Assembly: GCA_038040455.1 (NCBI GenBank)
Contig: JBBPIH010000032.1
Coordinates: 254 to 64,253 of the forward strand
DNA length: 64,000 nt
Direction: 5' to 3'
Origin: Acidobacteriota bacterium
GTDB lineage: Bacteria; Acidobacteriota; Blastocatellia; UBA7656
The notes under the pieces are model-generated. The model was not told the DNA's origin, did no database searches, and was given only the letters and a program-made list of their open reading frames with translations. A program made the position numbers and the translations under genes. Position 1 is the first letter of the stretch. Each line of letters begins with the position of its first letter. Below are positions 9,711 to 18,300 of the stretch, piece after piece.

Positions 9711-10904
9711 CTACTTTTTCTTCTTTTCCTCAAACGGCTGACGGAGATCGAGCAGATAAAGCTCATTGTCCTTATCGCGGTCTGACCCATATAGAATCTC
9801 GGTGTTTGAAACGAACATGGGCGAGTAGTTGTTGGCAGGCTTGTAGGTAAGCTGCTTGATTTGATCCGTCGCCGAATCATAGAGAAAGAGCTGCGGGCCG
9901 GTTCGCGCGAGCCCGATGAACGCGATGAGCTTGCCGTCGGGGGAAAGCGTTGGATTCTGTTTGGGCAAATCAGGCTCCGGAAGCTCGTGGGCCTGCCCGA
10001 CTAGAGGATCTAACAGATAGATGGCGCCCTGTTGCTCCGCCTCTTCTTGCGCCCAAAGCACAAGCATTCCACGTGCTGCTCCGGTAATGTAGCTACGGAT
10101 ACGGGCATACCTGGTTTCGGTGATGTCCCGCTGAGCGGTTCCGTCAAAGCCATATTGCCAGAGCGAATGCCTTCCGCTGTTGTCACTCACCTTCAAGAGC
10201 AAGACGCTCTTGCGGTCGGCCGATATGCCGGGCTGAATCGATGAGCATTCGTCTTCGGTAAATACTTGCGGCTTACCTCCTTCAACCGGAACGGAGGCGA
10301 GGTGCAGAATGCCGAACGCCGCGTCGGGGAGCGGGCTTTCATCCGAGGTGTACAGCAATCGCTTGCCGTCGGGTGTGAACACAGGCTCCTTGTCGCTGAA
10401 GGCGTTCTTGGTGAGTTGGCGCACTCTGCCTGATTTGAGATCCACGATGAATATCTCGTCAAAGCTTGCAGTTTCGTTGAAGCCCGCAAAAGCTATCGAT
10501 TGACCGTCGGGCGACCATTGGGGACCGCCCACGCCCCACTTCAGATTGGTTAGCGGCGGCCGTATCGAATGATCGCCGAGGTTCATGATGTAGAGATTGG
10601 GCGATGCATCCGGTTTGCGAGCGATCAGCAAAACGGATTTCTTGTCTGGCGACACCGGGCCAATCGAGTATAGCCCCATTCCCTGAGTGAGTCGTTGGAC
10701 CTTGAACGCGTCGGGCTTCTTCTCTTCTTTCTTCTCGTCATTCGTCTTCGGTTCCTGGGCGGGTGCGCTGGACACGGAGCAGAGAGCGAAGGACAGGATT
10801 AGCAGAAGGGGCGCGCTCGGCAACGTTGGGCTGAGAGAACCACGTCCAATGATCAAACGCGATTTCGCAATAGAACAAACTTCGGTTCTTAACCAGAGTC
10901 TCAT
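9711..10904 (-). CDS. PD40 / TolB-like beta-propeller repeat protein, secreted
   Basis: Repeated W-x-PDG-type motifs: PQWSPDGQSIAFAG, PVFTPDGKRLLYTS, NPTLSPDGKLIAFIG. Hydrophobic N-terminal signal region. Confidence 0.75.
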   Translation of the reverse strand: MRLWLRTEVCSIAKSRLIIGRGSLSPTLPSAPLLLILSFALCSVSSAPAQEPKTNDEKKEEKKPDAFKVQRLTQGMGLYSIGPVSPDKKSVLLIARKPDASPNLYIMNLGDHSIRPPLTNLKWGVGGPQWSPDGQSIAFAGFNETASFDEIFIVDLKSGRVRQLTKNAFSDKEPVFTPDGKRLLYTSDESPLPDAAFGILHLASVPVEGGKPQVFTEDECSSIQPGISADRKSVLLLKVSDNSGRHSLWQYGFDGTAQRDITETRYARIRSYITGAARGMLVLWAQEEAEQQGAIYLLDPLVGQAHELPEPDLPKQNPTLSPDGKLIAFIGLARTGPQLFLYDSATDQIKQLTYKPANNYSPMFVSNTEILYGSDRDKDNELYLLDLRQPFEEKKKK

Positions 10905-10980
10905 CGTTGCACCCGCTTTACCGAGTCGAGGCGTTGAGCCTTAGCATCCTAGCACGGCACTACTTTCACAACCAAAGTGC

Positions 10981-11187
10981 AATGGAGTTCAGGGTTCAGG
11001 GTTCAGAGTTCAGGGTTCAGGGTTCAGAGTTCAGGGTTCAGGGTTCAGGGTTCAGGGTTCAGGGTTCAGAGTTCAGGGGATGCAGTTGTTGACTAGATTT
11101 ACACACCGACCCAGGAACGCCAAACGTTCAACCCTGAACCCTGAACCCTGAACCCTGAACCCTGAACTCTGAACCCTGAACTCCATT
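10981..11187. repeat. Inverted heptamer-array element (GGGTTCA/GAGTTCA type)
   Basis: Left arm 10984-11078 has about 13 tandem 7-nt units GGTTCAG/AGTTCAG. Unique centre 11079-11124. Right arm 11125-11184 has 7-8 reverse-complement units CCTGAAC/CTCTGAA. The termini AATGGAGTTCAG / CTGAACTCCATT are complementary. Located between divergent genes. Confidence 0.95.
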
Positions 11188-11239
11188 GGTTAGTGGTTCC
11201 CCCGCCGAGCGGGGCCGTGCTACACTTTCTTCCTTGCGC

Positions 11240-12331
11240 ATGACCGGCGAACTTAACATAGGAAACGTCACGATCAGTCCCAATCTCGCGCTTGCGCCGA
11301 TGGCTGGCGTCACCGACTCGTCTTTTCGTCGATTGATCAAGGAACTCGGCGGGGTTGGCCTGATTATCACCGAGTTCATCTCGGTCGAGGGAATCACCCG
11401 CGGCAATATGCGCACCCACCGCATGATGAAGTTCCTTCCAGAAGAGCGCCCGCTGTCGATTCAGATATTCGGTTACGATGACGAACGGATGGTCGCTGCT
11501 GCCGAGATCATTCAGGAAAGCGGCGCTGACATCGTAGACATCAACTGCGGTTGTCCCGCGAAGAAAGTCGTCAACGGTGGAGGCGGTTCCTCGTTGCTTC
11601 GCGACCTGCCGCAGCTCGAAAAGATTCTGCGCCGCGTTCGCGAGGCGGTGTCGATACCGCTTACGATGAAGATTCGAACCGGCTGGGATGATTCTTCGAT
11701 CAACGCGGTTGAAGTGGCTCGGTTGATCGAGGACTGCGGCGGAAACATGGTTGCCATTCACGGGCGCACTCGCGCTCAAGGCTACAGCGGACAGGCGGAC
11801 TGGAACGTGATAGCTGCCGTGAAGCGAGCGGTCTCAATACCAGTCATCGGATGCGGGGACATCACCACGCCTGAACAAGCGCTCACTCGCCTGGCTGAGA
11901 GCGGCGTTGACGGAGTGATGATCGGCCGCGGAGCGATCGCCAACCCATGGATATTCGGCCAGACTTCGGAGTTGATGCGCGGCGAGCCGGTGTATCAGCC
12001 CCCGCTTGCAGAGAAGCAGCGAGTGTTGCATCGCTACTACGAGTTGCTTCGCGATGAGCTGCCCGAGCGCGCCCTTTCAGGGAAGCTGAAGCAGATGTGC
12101 GGCTACTTCACGCATGGGCTTGCTGGGGGCGCGCGGCTTCGAGAGCGAGTATTCCATTCGCAAGCAATTTCTGAGATCTACGACCAGATAGACGAATACT
12201 TCGCGTCGATGATCGAACGCGGAGTCCCACCGGACGCTCTTACGCGAGAAGAGCGAGCGTTCGTTGACCCACATCCTCGCGATCCAAAAACCGCCGAGTT
12301 CACTCGAATTGCGCCGAGGGGAATCGGCTGA
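11240..12331 (+). CDS. dusB: tRNA-dihydrouridine synthase (DusB/NifR3-like)
   Basis: LALAPMAGVTDSSFRRL, IVDINCGCPAKKV, LTMKIRTGWD, AIHGRTRAQGYSG, GCGDI, MIGRGAIANPWIF. ATG 11240 chosen, because the track's 11186 start lies inside the heptamer repeat. Confidence 0.88.
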   Translation: MTGELNIGNVTISPNLALAPMAGVTDSSFRRLIKELGGVGLIITEFISVEGITRGNMRTHRMMKFLPEERPLSIQIFGYDDERMVAAAEIIQESGADIVDINCGCPAKKVVNGGGGSSLLRDLPQLEKILRRVREAVSIPLTMKIRTGWDDSSINAVEVARLIEDCGGNMVAIHGRTRAQGYSGQADWNVIAAVKRAVSIPVIGCGDITTPEQALTRLAESGVDGVMIGRGAIANPWIFGQTSELMRGEPVYQPPLAEKQRVLHRYYELLRDELPERALSGKLKQMCGYFTHGLAGGARLRERVFHSQAISEIYDQIDEYFASMIERGVPPDALTREERAFVDPHPRDPKTAEFTRIAPRGIG

Positions 12332-12375
12332 GCAAAGTCGGCTCTCAACGAGATGCAGAGTACGGGGGTGAGAAC

Positions 12376-12594
12376 ATGGCGAGGTCAGATGAACGCGAGT
12401 GTGAGTGGAGCGATTGCACAAACAACGCCTCGAAGCGCGTCGTTTACAACCATCGGAAAGGAGAAGCAGTGGGTAACAACTTGGGTGTTAGTGTTGAACT
12501 CATTTCAACGCATGCAGATCTCTGTGACGTACATATTCTGGAATTACGAAATCGTTATGCCGAGGTGAGTGAAGACAAAATTCGGACAGTGTGA
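12376..12594 (+). CDS. Hypothetical small protein (72 aa) in a lower-GC islet
   Basis: ORF only; no recognisable motif. ATG start, intergenic position. Confidence 0.3.
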   Translation: MARSDERECEWSDCTNNASKRVVYNHRKGEAVGNNLGVSVELISTHADLCDVHILELRNRYAEVSEDKIRTV

Positions 12595-12769
12595 TTGTTA
12601 CAACGAACAAACATGACCGCAAGACTTGACCCGGTGTTTGACTGAGGTCTGTTGTCCTGCTTAACGCTGTTATTTCGCCGCTCGCTTCTCGTGCCGTACG
12701 TCAACGCGGCTTCACAAGTGATATCTTCTTCAAGGCCAAGTTTACTTTGAGCAGGCATCGAGTTTCGCG

Positions 12770-13264
12770 CTACTTGCTTTGCCTCAACTGCTTCGCCACG
12801 CGTTTGGCAATGGCAGCTATAAACCGGTCGTCGTCAATCAGCGATGACCGAATCCGAGGTTGTTCAGTTGGCTCGGCATGCTCTCGGAGAATGTCATTTA
12901 TCTGAACTTCAAAGGAGGTGCCTGATTGCATAGTCCCTTGTTTGAGACGCTGAACAATATCGGCATCGAGAGAAATAGATACCCGTACTTTGCAGTTGCG
13001 AGGATCTGTGTCACCGGGCTTGATTCTCGCGACGTAGCGCCCTCGTTGCCCTTCGCTGAAGTCATATTCGCCACGCATCGGCCCTTCCTCGATGTGTCGG
13101 CCCAAATGGCTCTCGATGGCCTCAGCGACGAAATCCTGCTCATCGATGCTGTCCGCATCGCAAAAAAGCTTAAGTTTTGTAGCCACTTCTCGCGGGAGCC
13201 TCAAAGTCTTCTTGATCCGTTTGGTCCGTGAGGGGTATTGCGATTCACTATTATCGGTTTTCAT
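12770..13264 (-). CDS. brnA: BrnA-like antitoxin (extended, DUF4415-like core)
   Basis: Contains GEYDFSEGQRGRY, typical of BrnA/DUF4415 antitoxins. Overlaps the stop of the upstream BrnT gene by 14 nt. Confidence 0.6.
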   Translation of the reverse strand: MKTDNSESQYPSRTKRIKKTLRLPREVATKLKLFCDADSIDEQDFVAEAIESHLGRHIEEGPMRGEYDFSEGQRGRYVARIKPGDTDPRNCKVRVSISLDADIVQRLKQGTMQSGTSFEVQINDILREHAEPTEQPRIRSSLIDDDRFIAAIAKRVAKQLRQSK

Positions 13265-13523
13265 AGTTCTTCTGCTCTCTGCGTGTCGGAATTCTCGCGC
13301 TGATTAGTCGTATTACTTCGCCTCGTTCAGCGTAGGACACAACCAGCAAACGACGCTGATTCGATTCACCGAGAAGTAGAAACCTGGCTTCGTCAATCGA
13401 ATGATCCGGGTCCGGAAGCGCAACGGCAAGATCATCGTCAAATACCGTCGCAGCCTCGATGAAAGTCACATTGTGATCTCGTTCCTTGCCGTCTGCTTTC
13501 TCGTCGTCCCACTCAAATCTCAC
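13251..13523 (-). CDS. brnT: BrnT family toxin (DUF497)
   Basis: MRFEWDDEKADGKERDHNVTFIEAATVFDD ... HSIDEARFLLLGES ... IRLISARIPTRREQKNY matches the BrnT pattern (FEWD..K, HS..E.R, RIISAR..E..Y). Confidence 0.8.
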   Translation of the reverse strand: MRFEWDDEKADGKERDHNVTFIEAATVFDDDLAVALPDPDHSIDEARFLLLGESNQRRLLVVSYAERGEVIRLISARIPTRREQKNYENR

Positions 13524-13636
13524 CGTCTCATTATACCTTCGGATAAGTCTTTCACTAAACTAAGCCGTGGAAGTGACAGCAATCTAAAACGTGTACTTGA
13601 CAGGGCATTGAATCGGTGTGCTTGGTTCAGGTTTCG

Positions 13637-13665
13637 TTAGCCTTCGCCACGCTTCGTGCTATAAT
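13637..13665 (+). promoter_or_regulatory. Candidate sigma70-type promoter for the 13713 gene
   Basis: TTAGCC (13637-13642), a 17-nt spacer, then a perfect TATAAT (13660-13665). It sits 47 nt upstream of ATG 13713. Sequence match only. Confidence 0.3.
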
Positions 13666-13712
13666 CCCGCCGCTCGCTTCCCGCGCAACAAATTCAGAGT
13701 GGAGTCACGGTC

Positions 13713-14300
13713 ATGTCTTCGCCCCAGCCGAGCTACTCCGGTATGCACGTCAAAGGAGGGCTGCTCCGAGCGCGGTTCCTCTTCGTACTTCTCAATCACG
13801 GCGCTGACACCTGGGCGCGCGTATTGTCCAGTCTACCCGACGAAGAGCGCGAGTCGCTCAAGGAAATCATCGTAGACAACTGGTATCCGCTTGGGATGTT
13901 GGATTTGGTCGACCGCGCGATTGCGGAACAACTCGGCGACGAGGACAAGGAAGATGAAGTGTTCGACCGGCTGGGAGACTTCTCGGCAACGTCGGCCCTC
14001 TCCGGTCCTTTCAGCAGCTTGATCAATCCGGACGTTCACAGCTTCCTTACTCAATCAGCCTTGATCCATCACGGGTATCAGGATTTCGGTACGGCCTCTT
14101 ACGCACCCCTCAGCGACACCAGTGGGCTGCTCACGATCCAATACGACACGGCGCCTCCCTCAAGCTTCTGTGCGAGCGGCTCCGCATACTTTCGACACGC
14201 CGTCGAGCTGTGCGGCGCCCGGTCGGCTCGAGTTACACACACCCGCTGCCGGAGTCGCGACGATGCGGTGTGTGAGTTCTACTTCACCTGGCAACCTTGA
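13713..14300 (+). CDS. Hypothetical protein, tentatively DUF2378 / V4R-like small-ligand-binding fold
   Basis: 195 aa. The C-terminal pattern HTRCRSRDDAVCEFYFTW resembles the Cys-x-Cys-aromatic ends of the TIGR02265/V4R families. The family call is from memory only. Confidence 0.55.
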   Translation: MSSPQPSYSGMHVKGGLLRARFLFVLLNHGADTWARVLSSLPDEERESLKEIIVDNWYPLGMLDLVDRAIAEQLGDEDKEDEVFDRLGDFSATSALSGPFSSLINPDVHSFLTQSALIHHGYQDFGTASYAPLSDTSGLLTIQYDTAPPSSFCASGSAYFRHAVELCGARSARVTHTRCRSRDDAVCEFYFTWQP

Positions 14301-14301
14301 T

Positions 14302-14378
14302 CCCTGGGAACGCAGGCATCCCTGCCTGCTTTGGCGATGCGTGAGAAGAGGCAGGCAGGGATGCCTGCGCTCCCAGGG
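14302..14378. repeat. 28-nt-arm palindrome (REP-like)
   Basis: CCCTGGGAACGCAGGCATCCCTGCCTGC (14302-14329) pairs with GCAGGCAGGGATGCCTGCGCTCCCAGGG (14351-14378). One mismatch, 21-nt loop. A related TGCGCTCCCAGG motif recurs at about 26148-26160. Confidence 0.9.
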
Positions 14379-14552
14379 ACGCGGTGTGCCCGCCACCACC
14401 AAGACAACCTAACCTCAGAAAAAGGATACAAAGCACTCGCTGAACCTCACGCCTGTTGGACCAGGGGGTTCGCTCCCGTGTTTTTGACTTGGAAAGCCTG
14501 CGGCCATATAATCCGGCCGGTCGATTTTAGAGTCGTCGGAGGCAGCCTCAAA

Positions 14553-15350
14553 GTGCCGTTGCGGTTCATTCACCTTCTCGTCGTGCTGGCCGCGTGCTCT
14601 TCCCTTGCAGCATGCAGTCGCCCGTCGCGAGCCCACAACAATTCGGTTCAACCTCTCGTCGAGCCCTTCGCTGATTCCGATGGGGATGGCGTTCCCGATA
14701 AGGCCGAGCTGCGCTCGTTTGATGACCGGCAGAACTTCGCGCGATGGTTTGCGGCAATCGCCGAATTGCAGTTTTATCGAATGAGCGATGAATGGAACGC
14801 GGAGCAGCGCGATTGCGCAGGCCTGGTTCGTTTCGCGTGGCGTGAAGCGTTGCGCAAGCACGACCGGCCCTGGTTCCAGAAGATGGGCGCCGAGTACGAG
14901 TCGATAGCACCCGACGTCCGGGCGTTCACCCTGGAGACGAGTCCGTTAGGCGCGAAGCTCTTTCGAACGGATTTCGGCTCGTTTCAGGAGGGTGACCTTG
15001 CAGGTGGCAAGTTCTCGGAATTCGCGGATGCGCGCACGCTGAAGAATTTCAACTGTGTCCTCGTAAGCCGTGACCGCCGCCGCGCCCAGCGAGGCGATTT
15101 GCTCTTCTTCCACCAACCCCGGGTTCAGAAATTCCCTTATCACGTGATGATGTTCATAGGCGACCCGCTCAAGGATGGCGAAGGCGCAGCGGACTGGGTC
15201 GTTTATCACACGGGGTCTTCGCCAACGGACGAAGACACGGTGAAAAAAGTTCGACTGTCGGTTTTGGATCTTCACCCCGACAAACGCTGGCGACCGATTA
15301 AAGGCAATCCAAACTTCCTGGGGTTCTATAGACCAAAGTTCTTGGAGTAG
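14553..15350 (+). CDS. DUF1175 (YfaT-like) lipoprotein
   Basis: GTG 14553 gives VPLRFIHLLVVLAACSSLAAC (lipobox LAAC). DSDGDGVPDKAELRSFDDRQNFARWFAAIAE ... RDCAGLVRFAWREAL is as I recall for DUF1175 proteins that accompany bacterial alpha-2-macroglobulins. The track's longer 14331 start overlaps the palindrome. Confidence 0.6.
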   Translation: MPLRFIHLLVVLAACSSLAACSRPSRAHNNSVQPLVEPFADSDGDGVPDKAELRSFDDRQNFARWFAAIAELQFYRMSDEWNAEQRDCAGLVRFAWREALRKHDRPWFQKMGAEYESIAPDVRAFTLETSPLGAKLFRTDFGSFQEGDLAGGKFSEFADARTLKNFNCVLVSRDRRRAQRGDLLFFHQPRVQKFPYHVMMFIGDPLKDGEGAADWVVYHTGSSPTDEDTVKKVRLSVLDLHPDKRWRPIKGNPNFLGFYRPKFLE

Positions 15351-15399
15351 ACATACCTCATCAACTTCAAGCGACCGCTTCTCAAGGAGGGCATCAGAC

Positions 15400-18300
15400 G
15401 TGTTTCAATTTGATTTTTCTTCTCCCCGTGCTCCCCGTGTTCCCCGTGGTTTTATGACTGTCGCCGTCTATTCACTGATGATCGCCGGAGCGCTCTCGAT
15501 ATCGACGATGCGGCTCCGCGCTCAGAGCGGAGCGGTCGAAACCCCAGCCCCCTCAGGAGCGGCTTCCGCAGCCGATTACAAGCCGTATTTTTCACTGTCG
15601 ACCAATCGAACCTATGGCACCGCCGATCGAACGCGCGTCTGGATCAACTACGTGGGCGTCGACCATATGGACTTTCGTGTCTATCGAGTCGGTGACCCCG
15701 TCGAGTTTTTCAAGCAGCTAGAGGATCCCCACCAGATGGGCGAGGGTGAGAAGTACCAGATCATCTCGGCACTCAAGAAAGAACCGTCTGCTCTCGAAAA
15801 GGTCCGCAAGTTCAAAGTGTCGATCTTCAAATCAATCAAAAATTATTTCCGCAATCAGCTTCGCCGAGGAACACGCGAGTCACTGAATGAGAAACTGGGC
15901 CGTGAAGGCGACCGCCAGCCGCTCAATGTCGCCGACTACGCACGCGTTCCGCTGCTCAACCCCGATCGGATGGTCAGCAGTTGGCGTGAAAGGCTGACAC
16001 CGCTCGATAACCTCTACGACACGCGGATGGTGATGCTGGGCAAGCGCGACCCGGGCGTGTACCTGATTGAAGCCGTCAACAATGACCTTCGTGCTTACAC
16101 GATAGCGATCGTCACCGACCTGACGATGATCAACAAGACCACTCCGGCTGGTGAGATGCTCATCTACACGGCTGATCGCAAATCCGGCGCGCCTCGTGGA
16201 GGAGTAAAAGTCGAAGTCATCAACGCGAAGAAAACCGTCGCCACCGGAACGACCGACAAGAGCGGCATGTTGAAGACTCACATCGAGCGGCCGAAGCGAC
16301 AGGCTGAACAGGCGCCGGAGGACCGCGATCCCGAAGCCGAGGCGTCCAGCGAGGGGCGCGACTCTTATCTGATCACCGCACGCGACCGCGACCATTTCGC
16401 GCTCTCGGATCTTGCAGCTTATTACTTCGGCAGCGTCGAGGGCGGCGAGGAGGGCGAAGGCGAAAGCGAGGGCGGCGGCGGACTCACGAGTTACATCTAC
16501 ACTGACCGGCCCGTCTACCGTCCCGCTCAGAAGGTGTTCTTTAGGGGAATATTGCGGACCGCCGGCGAGCGCGGATATGAGTTACCGAGCGGCGCTGTCA
16601 AAACAACTATCGAAGATCCGAACGGCGGCAAGCTACTGGAAGCCGATCTGAACCTGACCGCGCGCGGAAGCTTCAGCGGGGCGGTCGACGTAGCGCCGGG
16701 CGCGCCGCTCGGCCAATATCGCATCATCGCGAAAGCCGGCGCCGCAACAGCAAGCGAATACTTCGAAGTCCAGGAGTACAAAAAACCCGAGTACAAAGTA
16801 ACTGTCACGACTCCCAAGAAGTTCGTCGAGGTAGGCCAGAAGGTCAAGTTCTCAATTGAAGCGCGCTACTTCTTTGGCGAGCCTGTCAAAGAGGCAGACG
16901 TCACTTATTACATCTATAGATCTCGATATTATCCCTGGTGGTGGGCAGCAGATGATGACTCCGCCCTCGACGAGGCCGAGAATGAGGAAGAAGGCGGCTA
17001 CGGATACGGCAACGATATGGTCAAAGACGGCCAGGGGGTTTTGAAAGCGGACGGCAAGATGGAAGTTGAGTTCGAGGTCCCGGCCGCGGATGAGAAAGAT
17101 TCTTCGGACTACACCTACAGGCTGGAAGCGCAGGTCACCGACGAGTCACGCCGTACGATCGAGGCCCGCGCGAGTTTCGTCGGCACGCGCGGCAACGTCA
17201 TCGCCAACACTCGCACCGATCGCTACGTTTACTACGAAGGCGACACGGCAAAGATCAAGGTTAACACCAGCGATTACGAGGGCCGTCCGCTTGCCGCCGG
17301 CGTTACACTCAAGTTCATCGAGCGCCGATGGGATGCAACGCCGAAGCAAGACGAGTCGGGCAGGACGCGCAACGAGTACACCATGCGCGAGCGCGAGTTG
17401 GCCTCAGCCGATGTCACGACCAATCAGCAGGGCGAGGCCAGCTACGACTACGCGGTCACCGGGCCCGGCAGCATAAACATCAAGACAATAGTCAAAGACG
17501 GCACGAAGCAATACCCATCGAATGAGGATTCCTTGTGGGTGGCTGATAAGAAGAGCGAGTGGTCGGACTGGTCTTATGGCGACGAGCAGTCGATCAAGCT
17601 GGTCCCCGACAAGAAATCCTATCAACCTGGCGAAACGGCTCACGTGCTGGCTATGTTGCCTACCGACAAGGCCCACTTGCTGGTGACGACCGAGCTGACC
17701 GGCGTGATGAGTGCGCGAATCGTCGACGCTCCGTCGCGCGCGGTGATGATCGACGTGCCGATCGAAGGGCGATACGCGCCGAACGTGTACCTCAACGTCG
17801 CGTATGTGAAGGACGGCGAGATGTACATGCACGACCGCTTGCTCAGCGTGCCGGCCAAAAGCAAGTTCCTCGACATCGAGGTGCTTGCTGACAAGAAGGA
17901 GTACAAGCCTCGCGAGACGGCTCGCTACACTATACTCGCTCGCAACTCGGACGGCTCTCCAGCGCCGGGCGCGGAGTTGAGCCTCGGCGTCGTCGACGAA
18001 GCAATCTACAGCGTTAAGCCAGATCAGACGCGCGACATACGCAAAGCCTTTTATGGGCGGCGCTACAACCAGGTGCAGACGAGCTTCACGATCTCTTATT
18101 ACTTCAGGGGCCACTCCGGCGAAAAGCCCTCGCCGCTCGCCGCGAACAAGCGCGCTTATCAACTGGCTGATTTCAAGAACGAAGGCCAGTATGCCGAGCC
18201 AACTATTCGAAAGGATTTCAAGGATACAACATTCTGGCAGCCCGACATCGTAACGGGCGCCGACGGCAAGGCCAGCGTTGAAGTCAAGCTGCCCGACAAT

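Noticed and set aside
10907-11092. ORFs reading through the heptamer arrays, with GSEFRVQGSGFRVQ-type repeats. Examples: 10907..11092, 30684..30896, 30893..31459, 30915..31394, 43532..43789.
   Set aside because: Their 'protein' sequence simply reflects 7-nt repeats read in three phases. They occur on both strands of the same repeat and overlap real flanking genes, so they are repeat artefacts and not coding.
10981-11187. Whether the telomere-like (GGGTTCA)n runs mark a linear replicon end or an integrated telomeric sequence.
   Set aside because: The arrays are internal and flanked by ordinary genes on both sides. They are always paired with an inverted complementary array, and they recur at several loci. 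Nothing indicates a chromosome end.
14331-14552. The longer N-terminal extension of the DUF1175 ORF given in the track (start 14331).
   Set aside because: The extension begins inside the 14302-14378 palindrome and encodes no signal. The internal GTG 14553 yields a clean lipoprotein signal (LAAC lipobox).
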